Source: Eledone cirrhosa
Taxonomy: Eukaryota
Direction: 5' to 3'
Assembly: GCA_964016885.1 (NCBI GenBank)
Contig: OZ024740.1
Span: forward strand, 196,106,001 to 196,170,000
DNA length: 64,000 nucleotides
Shown one piece after another: positions 1 to 11,548 of this stretch (positions are counted from its first letter, which is position 1; each line of letters starts with the position of its first letter). Made by a program: the position numbers and the translations under genes. Under the pieces are notes generated by a model. That model searched no databases. It had not been told where the DNA came from and saw nothing but the letters and a program-made list of their open reading frames with translations.

Positions 1-3000
1 TATTCTTTTTTCTTCTTATTTTCATTTCCTTTTTTACTTTCTTTTTTGTTCATTTTATTTTACAAACAGTTTTGTAAAATAAAATGAAACGCGAAAGAAA
101 AAAAAACAATACAAAAAAACAAAAATCAATAAAATCAATATTAGTCATGTACTAAAGTCAATTCAATTAACTATGCTTTGGGCTTCAAGGAAAGAGGAGC
201 ATAATTTTATTTGAATTAAATGTATTTGTCATTCCCATCAAATTTATTTTTACAGACTTTATATATGGGGGAAGGCACCTTAATCTTTTAAGTGCTTAGG
301 GCCTCAAAGGGACTTAATCTGATCCTGCCTTGTCTTACAAATTTATAGGGGTGGGGATGCTAAGAAATCATTATTATTTCAGCTGCAACACACCAAGTCT
401 TTATATCTGCTTATGTCACACTCTAAAGGATACTATCTATACATGCACCTTTGATGAGTTGTAGTGCACTTGAGCACTGTACACAATAATTTTCATTATC
501 ATTTTTTTTTAATTCTTTTCAGGAATTCTTTCAATAATAGTTAGGGTCTCATAATGTAAATATCAGAGCTTTTATTTTGCAATTTTTCTAACAAAATATC
601 TAAGTAGCACCCATCACAATCAATAGCTTAGTTTATCCATTTGAAAAGAATAGATTCTTAGATCTTTTGAAATTTATTATCATTGTATCCTAGGAGAAAT
701 TCATATCTCATCAACTTAATTCTACAGGTCAGATCTAAATATGAACTTTTAGTTCAGAAGACAGTTATTAGAATTGTTTTATTCAGTTTTCTTTTAGCAT
801 CAATGAGATATTGTTATATTTTGGTAGAGATGTCTGCTCTTTTGCCAATTCATCAATACACACACTTACTTATTTAATTGCTCATTGTTATCAATTTAAT
901 CCAATGATGATGATCTTCATTTGCAGATTCTTTCATGACTGACTATACATTCCATTCCTTGATATGTTAGCAGATGGGACATGCAAATATTTGGAATGGC
1001 TAGGTGTTACTTTGCATTCACGCCTCATTTCCCATTTCTCCTGGTAGTGCTGAATGTGTTTCTCCTCCATATCTTCAATCCCTTTCCAATTGTTAGACTG
1101 ACAAAATGAACAGCAGATATCAATGTCTTCTGCTGAAAGGTTGATGTTGCAATGTTGCATCTCTTTTAAAATGCAGTGGTGTGATGACATAAACGAATAA
1201 CTGTAGTTTAAGAGAATATGTATGATGCTAATCACATTAGAGTGGCGCTAATGAAAATCCACTAAATGGAAATCTTGGTTTTTCTATTGTTAGATCTACA
1301 AATTTCTAATGGTTATAACTAAAAAAAAATATATAATAATGCTAAATATACATTCTTAAATTTTTTTAAATTAGTTTATTGGCATGTTTCAGTGTTTAAA
1401 GCTGTTGATGTACCAGAATCAATAGCAACATTTATTGACATGGAGTCTCAGTTAATCTATTTGATAAGTGAGCTGTCAAGGCAATCACATTTATTGGAAA
1501 CTAATAGAGTATTTTAGCTGATGAAAAATAAACAAACATGTAAGCTGTTTGCTTAATTTCATTGATATGTGCAAAGAAATCAGTTGTTTACCATTCAATA
1601 TAAGTGAGCTGTCACACACTCATGAAATATGATCTTTCTGGAACTTGGATTTTCTGTTTCTGTTGAATTTGTATTATTTTGTCAACAGTAATCCCGCCGA
1701 GGTTGACTTTGCCTTTCATCCTTACGGGGTCGATAAAATAAAGTACCAGTAATGCACTGGGTAATTGCTGGCCTTGTGCCTAAAGTAGAAACAATTATTT
1801 TGTCAACAGTAGAATACTTACTCAGTTTGCCTTGCTTTGAGAATCCAGCTCAATCATTGGGAGAAGGTTGCTTTGAATAGGACACTCTGGAAGATATGTC
1901 TGAGGACTCTGCACCCCCTGATGCCCTCAAGGAGGGGAGGGGGAGGCATTAGTAGTGAAACAAAAAGTGTTCAACATTATAATAAATGGAAATTTGATCA
2001 TAACCTTAAGATGTTCACCAAAAGTTTGTCATTTGTCATCGATTGTGTAGTCAGAGACAAATAAACGTGTGCAATCCTAGAAAAATCTATTCACAACAAC
2101 CTCCACCTAGAGTAGGTCAAGAATAGCTCTGGTTTTGCTGGTGAGCTAATCAATTTGGATCAATTGAAAGCTTATGTCAGGGTCGACCATTGCAACATGT
2201 TGGCTGTTAGAACTGTAGCCAGTTTTGGTCATGCCTTTAAGCGCTAGATAGTTAAAATATACACTCAATGTCACAGTGCTTTTCTAAGGATGGAAACTTT
2301 CTCTCTTAATCTGTTGACTGTTGCACATATTTTATACAGTTACTGTTGCTGTGCCTGTTTTTTTTTCCAGTAAAATGACTATTTTTTTAAACAAACATTT
2401 ATTAATAACACATATCTGAATGATTGAAAGACTAGTAATCCCATCTAGCTTTGAAGTTATGACTGCTGGAAACGAATTCATAACTTTGAAGTGTTGGAAA
2501 AGAGTTCAAACATGTAAGGACGAGTTATCTCATCCATGGCACTGGAATGCATACATGTTAGGACAAGTTATCTCATCTATGGCACTGAAGAAGTTAATCA
2601 GAAAAGACATATTGGATATTGGATAATCAGAAAAGACATATTGGATATACTAGTAAATGTGTACTGAACACATTACAACAAATGTAAACAAATATCTATT
2701 TATTAATTCTTCCATAGACAGAAAAAAAGTGGATAAACATGACAAGGTTTTAGTCCTAGCTGGGAGCTCTCTCAAAAGTTAAGTACTCTGCTTTCTGTGC
2801 CTACAAAAAGACATACATCTAATTGGGTGGTTATGCTAAATCAATAAATCCCCATATTGACCCCTGCACCTAGTCTTTTCTCCCCTGAATGTTATCCCTC
2901 TGGAATTTTCACTGTCCTTCCTACAGGGATTGACTTGCAATAATTAATTTAAACAGAACACTGACATCATAATCTCCCCTGTTCATAGAGCCTGAAAAAA

Positions 3001-3632
3001 ACCTGGGTTCTGCTCTTTTCACCAGACCCAGCAAGTAAACATTTTTTTTTAAATCTTTTTATTTTTAAATCCATGGTTGCAGCTACCTAAACATTTTAAA
3101 AGAATTTTAGAATTCACACCATATTCCATAAATTTACCTCTATCAGGAACATCTGGTTTCTCTATCAAAGTCTCCTCACAAGTCTTCACTTAAAACACAG
3201 TCATATTAAATTATAAATGACAGTCTCTAACTTCATTATTTATCAATAAATAACACAATTTCTGATGTCACCATGAAAGAAAATATTTATTGAACATCTG
3301 TTTTGTTTGTTTGTTTGTTTTCTTTATTCTTTGTAATGAATGTTTCTAAGAAATTAATGTAAATGAATAGCAGAATGGAAGCAAATGTTTTATTAAACCA
3401 TTCTAGTGACACTATGCTTGAATTCCATTTTCTTTCATACCAATAAATACCATTTCCTGATAAATAGATGAAAACACTCACACACATAATAGCATTGCAG
3501 ATAGTATGTTACAACAAGAAAATGTCATAGCCAACTGAAGTGTCTAATGTTTCCAAACTGACAGACACAAAACATGTTGCTATCATAGACCACTATGTTC
3601 AGACACAGAACTAACAACAAATATAGACTGCT

Positions 3633-4136
3633 TCAGTCTTTCATTTTTATGAGATCATCAGTGACTACAACAGGTTGTCCAATGATATTCGGCTGGACAC
3701 TCTTCGTTTCGGCTGTGACTGGAATGGTCATTTCTACAGTAGAATTGGATCTTTTCTCCATATCTCCAATACTGATTTGGAAAGATTCCTCTGTAGCATC
3801 ATGAATATCATCTTCACAGTAACTTGTGAAGAAACTCGGGAATAGCAAAGACAGAGAGAATATGGCTCCACCAGCACAAAAAAGAATAAGACCAATAACT
3901 TTACAAGCATCAAGCATTTTGTTGTAACGTTCGGCGTCTCTGTCGACCATTGCAATTTTTGTACTACTGTTAATATCAATGATGACTTTTCTTTGTGGCA
4001 CTAAATAACCAACCAAAATCCCAACAATTCCAAAAAAGAGAAGATTGGCACCAAGCCACAAAAATATCTTCCACCATATTGGTGGACAGCGCCTTCTTCT
4101 TCTTTGTGGATTCAACAGGTAACGAAGACTGTCTTC
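3633..4136 (-). CDS. NRSN1: Neurensin-family membrane protein, last coding exon (167 aa + stop; two TM helices)
   Basis: Acceptor tttcctttgcag|GAA in phase 0 joins YEE|EDSLRY. TM1 WWKIFLWLGANLLFFGIVGILVGYLVP, loop VDRDAERYNKMLD, TM2 GLILFCAGG and C-terminal IPVT..SVQP all align with vertebrate neurensin-1 (FWKVG..VGFLVP, VDTHAVQFNSALD, LFCIGG, IPVT..NVQP). NRSN1 vs NRSN2 orthology cannot be resolved for an invertebrate. Confidence 0.9.
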   Translation of the reverse strand, partial: EDSLRYLLNPQRRRRRCPPIWWKIFLWLGANLLFFGIVGILVGYLVPQRKVIIDINSSTKIAMVDRDAERYNKMLDACKVIGLILFCAGGAIFSLSLLFPSFFTSYCEDDIHDATEESFQISIGDMEKRSNSTVEMTIPVTAETKSVQPNIIGQPVVVTDDLIKMKD

Positions 4137-4860
4137 CTGCAAAGGAAATCAATATAAATTACTTAAAGTTTCTTTGAGATTAAATTAGATTTCAAACAAA
4201 CTGTAACATTGATTTTATGGCACAACTTAACCAATTCATCAATCAATATTTGAATTGTATAACAGACAATGGACTCCATTGCTTGGCATTTCGTAATCAA
4301 TAGTATCCATCAATGGATTATTTACCATGATTCACTTTTGTAAAGAGCAAAATAATAGTTTTGACTTTCATGCTTTTTCCAGTGATAATTGTGATATTAC
4401 TGAAGTGAAATAGTTTTAACACAGAAATTAAACTAGATCACAACAGTTTAATCTATTTCTTCTACTCTAATTCCATTAACATCTAGGAAGCTTTATGCAA
4501 ATATTGATATATTGATTTCTAGCATGGTCGCAAAACTTGACATAGATTTCACGAGGAGTGGGGTGGAGGGGATAATAGATTATAATGATCCAGTATTTTA
4601 CTGGTATTTCATCAACTAACTCCAGAAGGATGAAAGATAAAATTGACTGTGGCAGGATTTGAACTCAGAACATAAAGGGTTACAACAAAATACTGCTAAT
4701 CCAATGACAGGAGTTTATTTTCTACTCTATGTTATTTGTTGATCAATGTTTTGGGCGATAGACATAATCAATCACTCAGTTTAACACCACCACCCGGCCC
4801 ATGACTGTCTTTAGTGCAGTCCACTCTGTTTCAATCATTTGAATCAGTTTTACAATTTAA

Positions 4861-5347
4861 CCCTTTAGCATTTACATTACTCTATTTTTACTATTGTATT
4901 TTCATGGTAAACACTCTATCTCACATAATTATTTCACATGATATCTAATCTACAAGATTTTGATATTATTTATTTAGCAAACAATACCTTAACATAAGTA
5001 TGAGCAGCCAGTTATGGCAAGTTTGAACACAAAGATGGGAGAAATATCTGGCCGGATAAAGCCAGTTTAACCCTTTATCATCTACATTACTCTATATTTG
5101 CTATTGTATTTTCACAGTAAACACTTTATCTCACATAATATCGAATCTACAAGATTTTGATATTATTTATTTTGAGAACAATACCTTAACATAAGTATGA
5201 GCAGACAGTTATGGCAGGTTTGAACAGAAAGAGGTGAGAGAATAAAAATAAATAATATAAAAATCTCATAGATTCAATATTATGTGAGATAATGCCTTTA
5301 TCATGAAAATATAATAGTAAATATAGAGTAATGTAAATGCTAAAGGG
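4861..5347. mobile_element. Compound piggyBac-type MITE (two tandem units plus an inverted partial)
   Basis: TTAA|CCCTTTAGCA...TGCTAAAGGG|TTAA ends. A second unit starts at TTAA|CCCTTT 5071. Confidence 0.8.
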
Positions 5348-6064
5348 TTAACACAAAATGGATGATTGTGTAGTCCCAACATTGAATGAACAGATTTATT
5401 CTGAAAATAAACAGTCAAATCTGAGAAAACTGATGATGGTTGTCTATGTTAGTAATTAGTGAGTGTAAGCAGGTCAAAGTGGAATAAATTGGTTTGCTGT
5501 GAGAAAGAGAAAACATCTAATGTTTTGAGCAAGTCTTTCTTTCAAAGAGTTTATGTTTTTTGATGCTACCAAACAGATACATTGAAAGCAATGAGAGAGA
5601 GGGAGTGATGACATATATGGGAGGGGGTGGGAGAGATTCATTTTCAGTTTGGCAACAGATATTTGCTTTGACTTCTAAAATATCTATTATTATCTGAAAA
5701 GCAATGTTGAAAGTTCAGTAAAAAACATATTTCAGAAACAAATTTTTAGTTTCACGTTTTCCCAGTTTCAAATTCCTAAGGACTCAGATTTCAATAGCCT
5801 CAGGTTACTGTTGTGAATTCTATTTGTAACTGGTTCCACTTGTTATATTGATCTTAAATATACAGGAAAATCACAGATAACACTCAATTAGTATTAATAG
5901 AAGAGTTATTGATTTAAGACCTGTGAAGGTGGGGGAAGAAAACAGTAAAAAAATAATCAAAAGTGTCATAAAAAATATTCTGAAGATTTTAGTATTTTGA
6001 TATATAGTTAATTTAAACTTCTACTTCTCCCTTATGATATTTAAATATCATGTTTTATTCTAAC

Positions 6065-6316
6065 TGTGGTTAGAAAAAGCTATCTCACTTACCACTTTTC
6101 ATAGGCGCCGCTAAATTCCACTGCTGGTCTCTCCTCTTCCGCGTGCGTCCAACTGCTTAACACCGGGAGCTGCCAAAACTCGCGTCCACACCGTTCCTGG
6201 TCACCACTAGAGAGGGCCATCTGCTGGCCCTTCCGGTCGAGCATCCTTCCGGCCAAGCACCCTTCCAGTCGAACACTCCCCCGCTTCCGGCCACGGCACG
6301 CCACACCATACCCACA
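6065..6316 (-). repeat. 3' LTR
   Basis: TG...CA termini. Preceded on the minus strand by the PPT GAGATCAGGGGGGCG. Confidence 0.95.
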
Positions 6317-6399
6317 CGCCCCCCTGATCTCAAGGATCAATTTCCCCCTCGTCCTTCTGCATATGAAAGTCTGCTGTCCAGGTTGGTGGTTTACGACTT

Positions 6400-9117
6400 C
6401 TTTGCGATCTCCGCAGTGTTGGGGCAGCACTTTGGGTTTCCTCTTGCTCACAGTGATTCTACAGACATCCAGGACATGACGTGGTACTCCGTCCACGGAC
6501 ACATTGTTCTGGGAATTTACGGCCGTCACTGTTCCCCTTCCCCATTGAGATGTGCAACGTGCATCTGGGGGCTTAACCCAGACTTCTTCGCCCACCTGCA
6601 CGAATGCACTCTCTCTCCCCACTGGCCGTTGTGGTGGCGTGAATGGGTGCCGCCACTCGTATCTGAATACTGCTCTGTGTGGCATCGATTCCTCGACCTG
6701 TCCCACCCGAGGGGACATGTTGTACCAGAACACTGCCTCCATTGGTGAGATATGGCCCCGCTCCGCCATTGCCTTGATCGTCCGGTGGTGTCGCTCCACA
6801 ATTCCATTCCCGCTCGGCCTGTACACTGCTCTGAAGAAACGGTCCACCTTCTATCCATCGAGCATCTCCCTCAGCGCCTCCGAGCGGAACGCTACGTTGT
6901 TGTCCATCAGCAATTCGTCCACAGGGCTCCGCTCCAAGAACACCTCTCTCAACGTCCGCATGATTTCCTCGGCTGTTCCAGTTTTCATCTCCCTCCATAT
7001 CGCCATCCGTCCTGGTCCACAGTCGACCATCGAGAGGTACGTTCCCTGTCGGTAGTGCGTTACATCCACCGCTAATCACTTCCAGTCGCGATCCACCGGG
7101 TGGCTTCCCGTTTCGTGTACACCCAGGGTGGGATCAATGGACTGACATCGGACGCAGCCTCTAACCACCCTTTGATCACTGTGTCTGTTAACGTCCGAGT
7201 CGATTCTCCTGGCTAGGAACAGGTTCCTATCCACTCCCATGTGGTGCATGTCATGCAACCCTTTCAGATCCGACTCGGCCAGCCGACACACGGCAGCTAT
7301 CTCATCTTCTACCTCCTCCGACGCTTCCATCCAGGCTTTCTTCATTTCTTCACCCTAGTTAAGATGTCCACCCTATTTTTCTCTGAAGGCACGAAAACTA
7401 CGCTCAGCCTCAGGTCGAACTCGGTGGCCAGCTCTCCTAAAGTTCCCAGGCGGCGCTTTATCAGCATCTCCGCCGCCGCTCTCGTTCGCACTCTCTTCTC
7501 ACTGGTGAGCACTGATCTCACCCATCCGAGTACAGTAGCCGAGTCGGTGCGTATCTCGATGGTGCGCAGTCCCCACCTCAGGGCAAGGTTCACCCCTCTC
7601 AACACTGCGTCCAGTTTGGCCACATTGATGTGGTTGCAGTCGTCCTTCTTCCTAAGCCAGGCTGCATCCTCGACCTCAACACCTCCTATCTCCAACGTGA
7701 CACCCAGCGCTATGCTGCTGGCATCGCACCATACGGTCCCGCTTTGTGATTTGGGAACATACCAGCGTCCCCGCACTGGGTCGTCGGCCTTCACCCTTCC
7801 CACGATCTCCTGCATCATGGCCACCGTCCTCTCTCCCACTCTGTCACTCCAAGTCACTCCTCCCGTTCGTCTCTTGACATAGCTGCATGCCGTCCGGAGC
7901 CACCCAGCAATCGGGTAGTGACCAACCAACTTTCCACACACTGAGAAAAGCTCCCGCCTACTCATAATTGGGCCCAGTTCTGGAACTTCATTTCCCCTCT
8001 GGAATACCAAGACGCCCGTCCTGTCTCGCCGTAGCCTAAGTCCCAGCGCGGCTCCTCCCTCCAACGCTTCTGACGTCTTCGCAGCCAGTCCATAGCCCTG
8101 TAAATGGCTCGTGACCTCCGCCGCCGACACCACAGACTCGTCCACTAGGATGTCGATATAGGAGTTAGTGGCCCTCTACATCTTGTCGGCCTTTCCCAGA
8201 TTGATCTTGAGGACCGCCGCCATGATCTTCGGTGCGGAGCTCAGCCCGAAACCGAGCCTGGTCAGGCAATATGTCCGGCCCTTATACCTGACCAGCTGAT
8301 ACTGCCAGAGCTTCTCATCTATATGCAATTGCAAGTATGCCGACTTTAGATCTACGATTGCTGAACCCCCCGTCATGCGTCTCCACTCACGCAGGGTTTC
8401 CCCACAGACATTCGTGACCTCGCCACCCGTGTGGCATGAAACGTGCTCGTTCAGCTCCCGAAAGTCCAGCACCAGTCTCACCTTGTTCTTCGTGGGTTGC
8501 GCCACCGCCATTAACGGCAATACTCCGCACTTCACCTCCTCTTTCCAGGGAAGCAGTATGCCCTCCTCAATCCATCTCTCTACCTCTCGCTCGAACTCGT
8601 TCCTAATGTTTCCCTTCAATGTGTGTTGATAGCAGCCCACTTTGGTCTTCAGTGTTGGTGGTTCTCCCTTCCAGTACCACTCAACAACCCATCGCTGCCC
8701 ATCGAACACGGCCTTGAAGTCTTTGTCCTGCACAGTGTAAGCGGGGTATTTCTCCTCGTGGGCCTTCTGGTTCTCCTGTCGCGCACTCACAGCGCATCCG
8801 ATGCAGCGGCACCAAACGACACACCGACGTTGTTCACTGTGACGCCTCCTAGACGGCCAATTGCGTCCATGCCCATAACCATGCCGATCCCATCCACCAC
8901 GCTGTCTACTACGATGGCAGAAAGCCTTATTTTCCTTCCCCCGTACCGCTATTTCCATCTCGCTGCAACCTCGGCATTCAATTTTCCTGCCGCCGACTGC
9001 CCTTACGCTGCTCTTCCCTCTCCACCTCTGCACCACCCCCGCGGTCACCAGTGTCATCGTACAGCCCATGTCCACGAGGGCTCGCTGTGGCTTTCCCCTC
9101 ACGAAGACTTCCACCAC
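6400..9117 (-). pseudogene. Gypsy pol (protease-RT-RNase H-integrase), broken by stops and frameshifts
   Basis: Protease LVDMG (from DTG). RT motifs LVLDFRELN, DLKSAYLQ, FGLSSAP, and YID-IL with one catalytic Asp missing. RNase H CDASS and TDS. Integrase HH-CC, DVTH, MDN, NGIVER. Confidence 0.9.
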
Positions 9118-9128
9118 AGGCAGCGCCT

Positions 9129-9890
9129 CTACTCGTAAGGGCCAACTACCGGCGCAGTAGTTCCCCTTGGATCATTTCCCTGGTCGCAGTTAATAGCGAT
9201 GTGGCCTGGTCGCTTACACCGGTAGCATATTATTTCCAGCCTTGACTCTTTGCCGTCTCTAGCCATGTGTGGGCCCTGGCACCGAAAACAGCGACCTCTA
9301 AACGTTCGCGGGCGACCGCGTGCCGTGGTTGCCTCCCTTTCACCATTTCGCTGCCAGCTGTCTTGAGCCTCTGTAGTTGCTATCGCCGCGACACTCTTTT
9401 TGGCATCTTCTGCCATGATCCGGGCTTGTTCCACCAGTGAACGCATTTCCATTTCTTTGTAACCTGGGACTTGCTGCAGTTTCACCGCTATGTCGTCTGG
9501 AAATCCATTTATGAACGCCAACCGCACCGTGCGTTCGCATTCCACCTGATATCCAGCCAACATAGCCAATCGCCGTATTTCCGCTGCGAAAATGTCAACT
9601 CGTTCACCGTTCCATCTAATTCTTGCCAGCTTACCGAAAGCGGCTAACGGTCCCTCTGCGAATGCTTCCATCATGCGCCTCTCAATCTTTTACGCATCTC
9701 TTTGGCTGTGTTCGTCCAACTGAAGGAAGAGTACCAACGCGTCCCCCTCGAGGTCCAGTGCCATGAGGCCAGCCACATATTCTATCTTCTGCAAGCTTGC
9801 GACCAGCCGGACTTTTCGCAGCCAAGCGACAACATCACCTTCCCCGGTAAATGCCCTGATAGCTTCGCTTGTTCGTAGTCTTGTCGCCAT
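9129..9890 (-). pseudogene. Gypsy gag with one in-frame stop at 9690
   Basis: ORFs 9690-9890 and 9129-9674 share a frame. Intact CCHC knuckle CYRCKRPGHIAINC and a degenerate one, CFRCQGPH. Confidence 0.85.
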
Positions 9891-10004
9891 CTTCTAATTT
9901 GTCTTGCGGTACGTGATAAAAAAAACAACAGGCTCCTCTGTTTTTCCAGTAGCTTTTTTTTTTTTTTTTTCAATCAGATCTCAGTTTCCAGTGCCAAAAT
10001 AGCT

Positions 10005-10256
10005 TGTGGTTAGAAAAAGCTATCTCACTTACCGCTTTTCATAGGCGCCACTAAATTCCACTGCTGGTCTCTCCTCTTCCACGTGCGTCCAACTGCTTAA
10101 CACCGGGAGCTGCCAAAACTCGCGTCCACACCGTTGCTGGTCACCACTAGAGAGGGCCATCTGCTGGCCCTTCTGGTCGAGCATCCTTCTGGCCAAGCAC
10201 CCTTCCGGTCGAGCACTCCCCTGCTTCCGCCCACCGCACACCACACCATACCCACA
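10005..10256 (-). repeat. 5' LTR
   Basis: Direct repeat of 6065-6316 with 12 mismatches in 252 bp (counted by eye). Followed on the minus strand by a PBS-like TGGCACTGGAAACTG near 9982-9996. Confidence 0.95.
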
Positions 10257-10689
10257 CTAACAACAGAGACAATAAAGTAGAGGATTTTTTTGCAAATGGT
10301 GATAGTCGGACTAGATATTTTACTATCCTTTATGTTCTGAATTCAAATCCTGCCAAGGTTAAATTTGTTTTTCATCCTTCTGGAGTTGATAAAATAAAGT
10401 ACCAATGAAGTACTGGGGGTCAATGTAATCGCCTGTATCTCCCTCCATCAAATGTATGTAAGGCCTTGCGTCTATGTTAGAAATCAATATAAACTATTTC
10501 TATACACTATCTTGCAGCTTGGTTTCAATTCTGAGTTATAACTATTTCTCATCATTTATTTCACAAATATCATTGGGAAAGGCATAAAAGTCAAATTGTC
10601 TTCAAATTCATTAAAATTAGTACCAGTAATATGAAAAGCTTACTTCAGGGACTACACATCATAATAAGGAAAATAAATGAAACACTATA

Positions 10690-11048
10690 GTGGTCATGTA
10701 TGTGTCATGACAAAAGTAAGCACCCAGTCCACACTGTAAAGTGGTTGTGTAGGTGTCACGACAAAAAGTACCCAGTCCACACTGTATAGTGGTCGTGTAG
10801 GTGTCACAACAAAAAGCATCCAGTACACGCTGTAAAGTGGTTGTGTAGGCGACACGGCAAAAGGCACCCAGCATACACTGTAAATGTGGTTGGTGTTAGG
10901 AATGCCATCCAGTCGTAAAAACCAGGCCAAAATCAGTTCTGTGTGAGCGAATTCAGTCCTCCGACCTGATCCCTCATAAAGAGACAGTCCATCCTACCTA
11001 TGCTAGCTTGGAAGATGGACGTTAAATGATGACGACGATGATGATGAT
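10690..11048 (+). mobile_element. RTE-related non-autonomous element with an internal ~47-bp minisatellite (family C)
   Basis: Tandem AAAAGCACCCAGTCCACACTGTAAAGTGGTTGTGTAGGTGTCACGAC-type units and tail ATGCTAGC..GGAAGATGGACGTTAAA(TGA)n. Copies at about 22777-23060 (-), 59705-59905 (-) and 62570-62944 (+). Confidence 0.75.
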
Positions 11049-11548
11049 TTATGAGCCAACAAAGAAGCCTCTACTACTTAGTCAACTGATTTGCTAAAAG
11101 TAACAACCAATATTTCCTCAAATTATACCCTACCATCTCAGAAAAGGACACACTAGCTAATGTGGTTTTAAGTGTACTGGAGTTCAGAAAAAGACTAGAT
11201 GGTCACAGTTGGAATGTTCTCTTTGAATATATATTGACCTGATATAACTTATTGTGCAGTGAAGACAGCAAATTAGTAGAATTATTATAACACTAGATGG
11301 AATGCCTTGTGGTATTTGTTCCAATTCTCTGTGCACTAAATTCAATCCCACTGAGGCAAAATTTGCTTTGCATCCTTTCAGCATCAAGGAAGAGATAAAC
11401 AATTATAGTGATGGTGATGTAAATGATAGAGATATATAGTTAGATAGATAGACTGATATACAGATAAATTAATAGGTAAATAAACAGGCAGATACAGCAA
11501 CAGACAGACAGATAGGCAGGCAGACAGATAGATAGATAAATAGATATG

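Larger units (their letters stand above)
6065..10256 (-). mobile_element. Full-length, decayed Ty3/Gypsy LTR retrotransposon (4.19 kb) in the neurensin intron
   Basis: Two 252-bp LTRs with TGTGG...CCACA ends. 5-bp TSD CTAAC at 6060-6064 and 10257-10261. Polypurine tract next to the 3' LTR. Domain order gag-PR-RT-RH-INT. Much more GC-rich than its flanks. Confidence 0.95.

Noticed and set aside
933-1235. 100-aa minus-strand ORF rich in Cys/His
   Set aside because: No recognisable domain, no convincing splice sites, and neighbouring sequence is closed in all frames. Probably chance or an old transposon relic.
6089-6400. Apparent long C-terminal extension of the integrase ORF (possible chromodomain or env)
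   Set aside because: The frame simply runs into the 3' LTR; the same peptide is seen in the 5' LTR ORF 10029-10244.
7241-7882. Long antisense or alternate-frame ORFs over retroelements (also 12383-13345 and 56072-56740)
   Set aside because: Shadow ORFs of GC-rich pol/RT coding sequence with no independent motifs.
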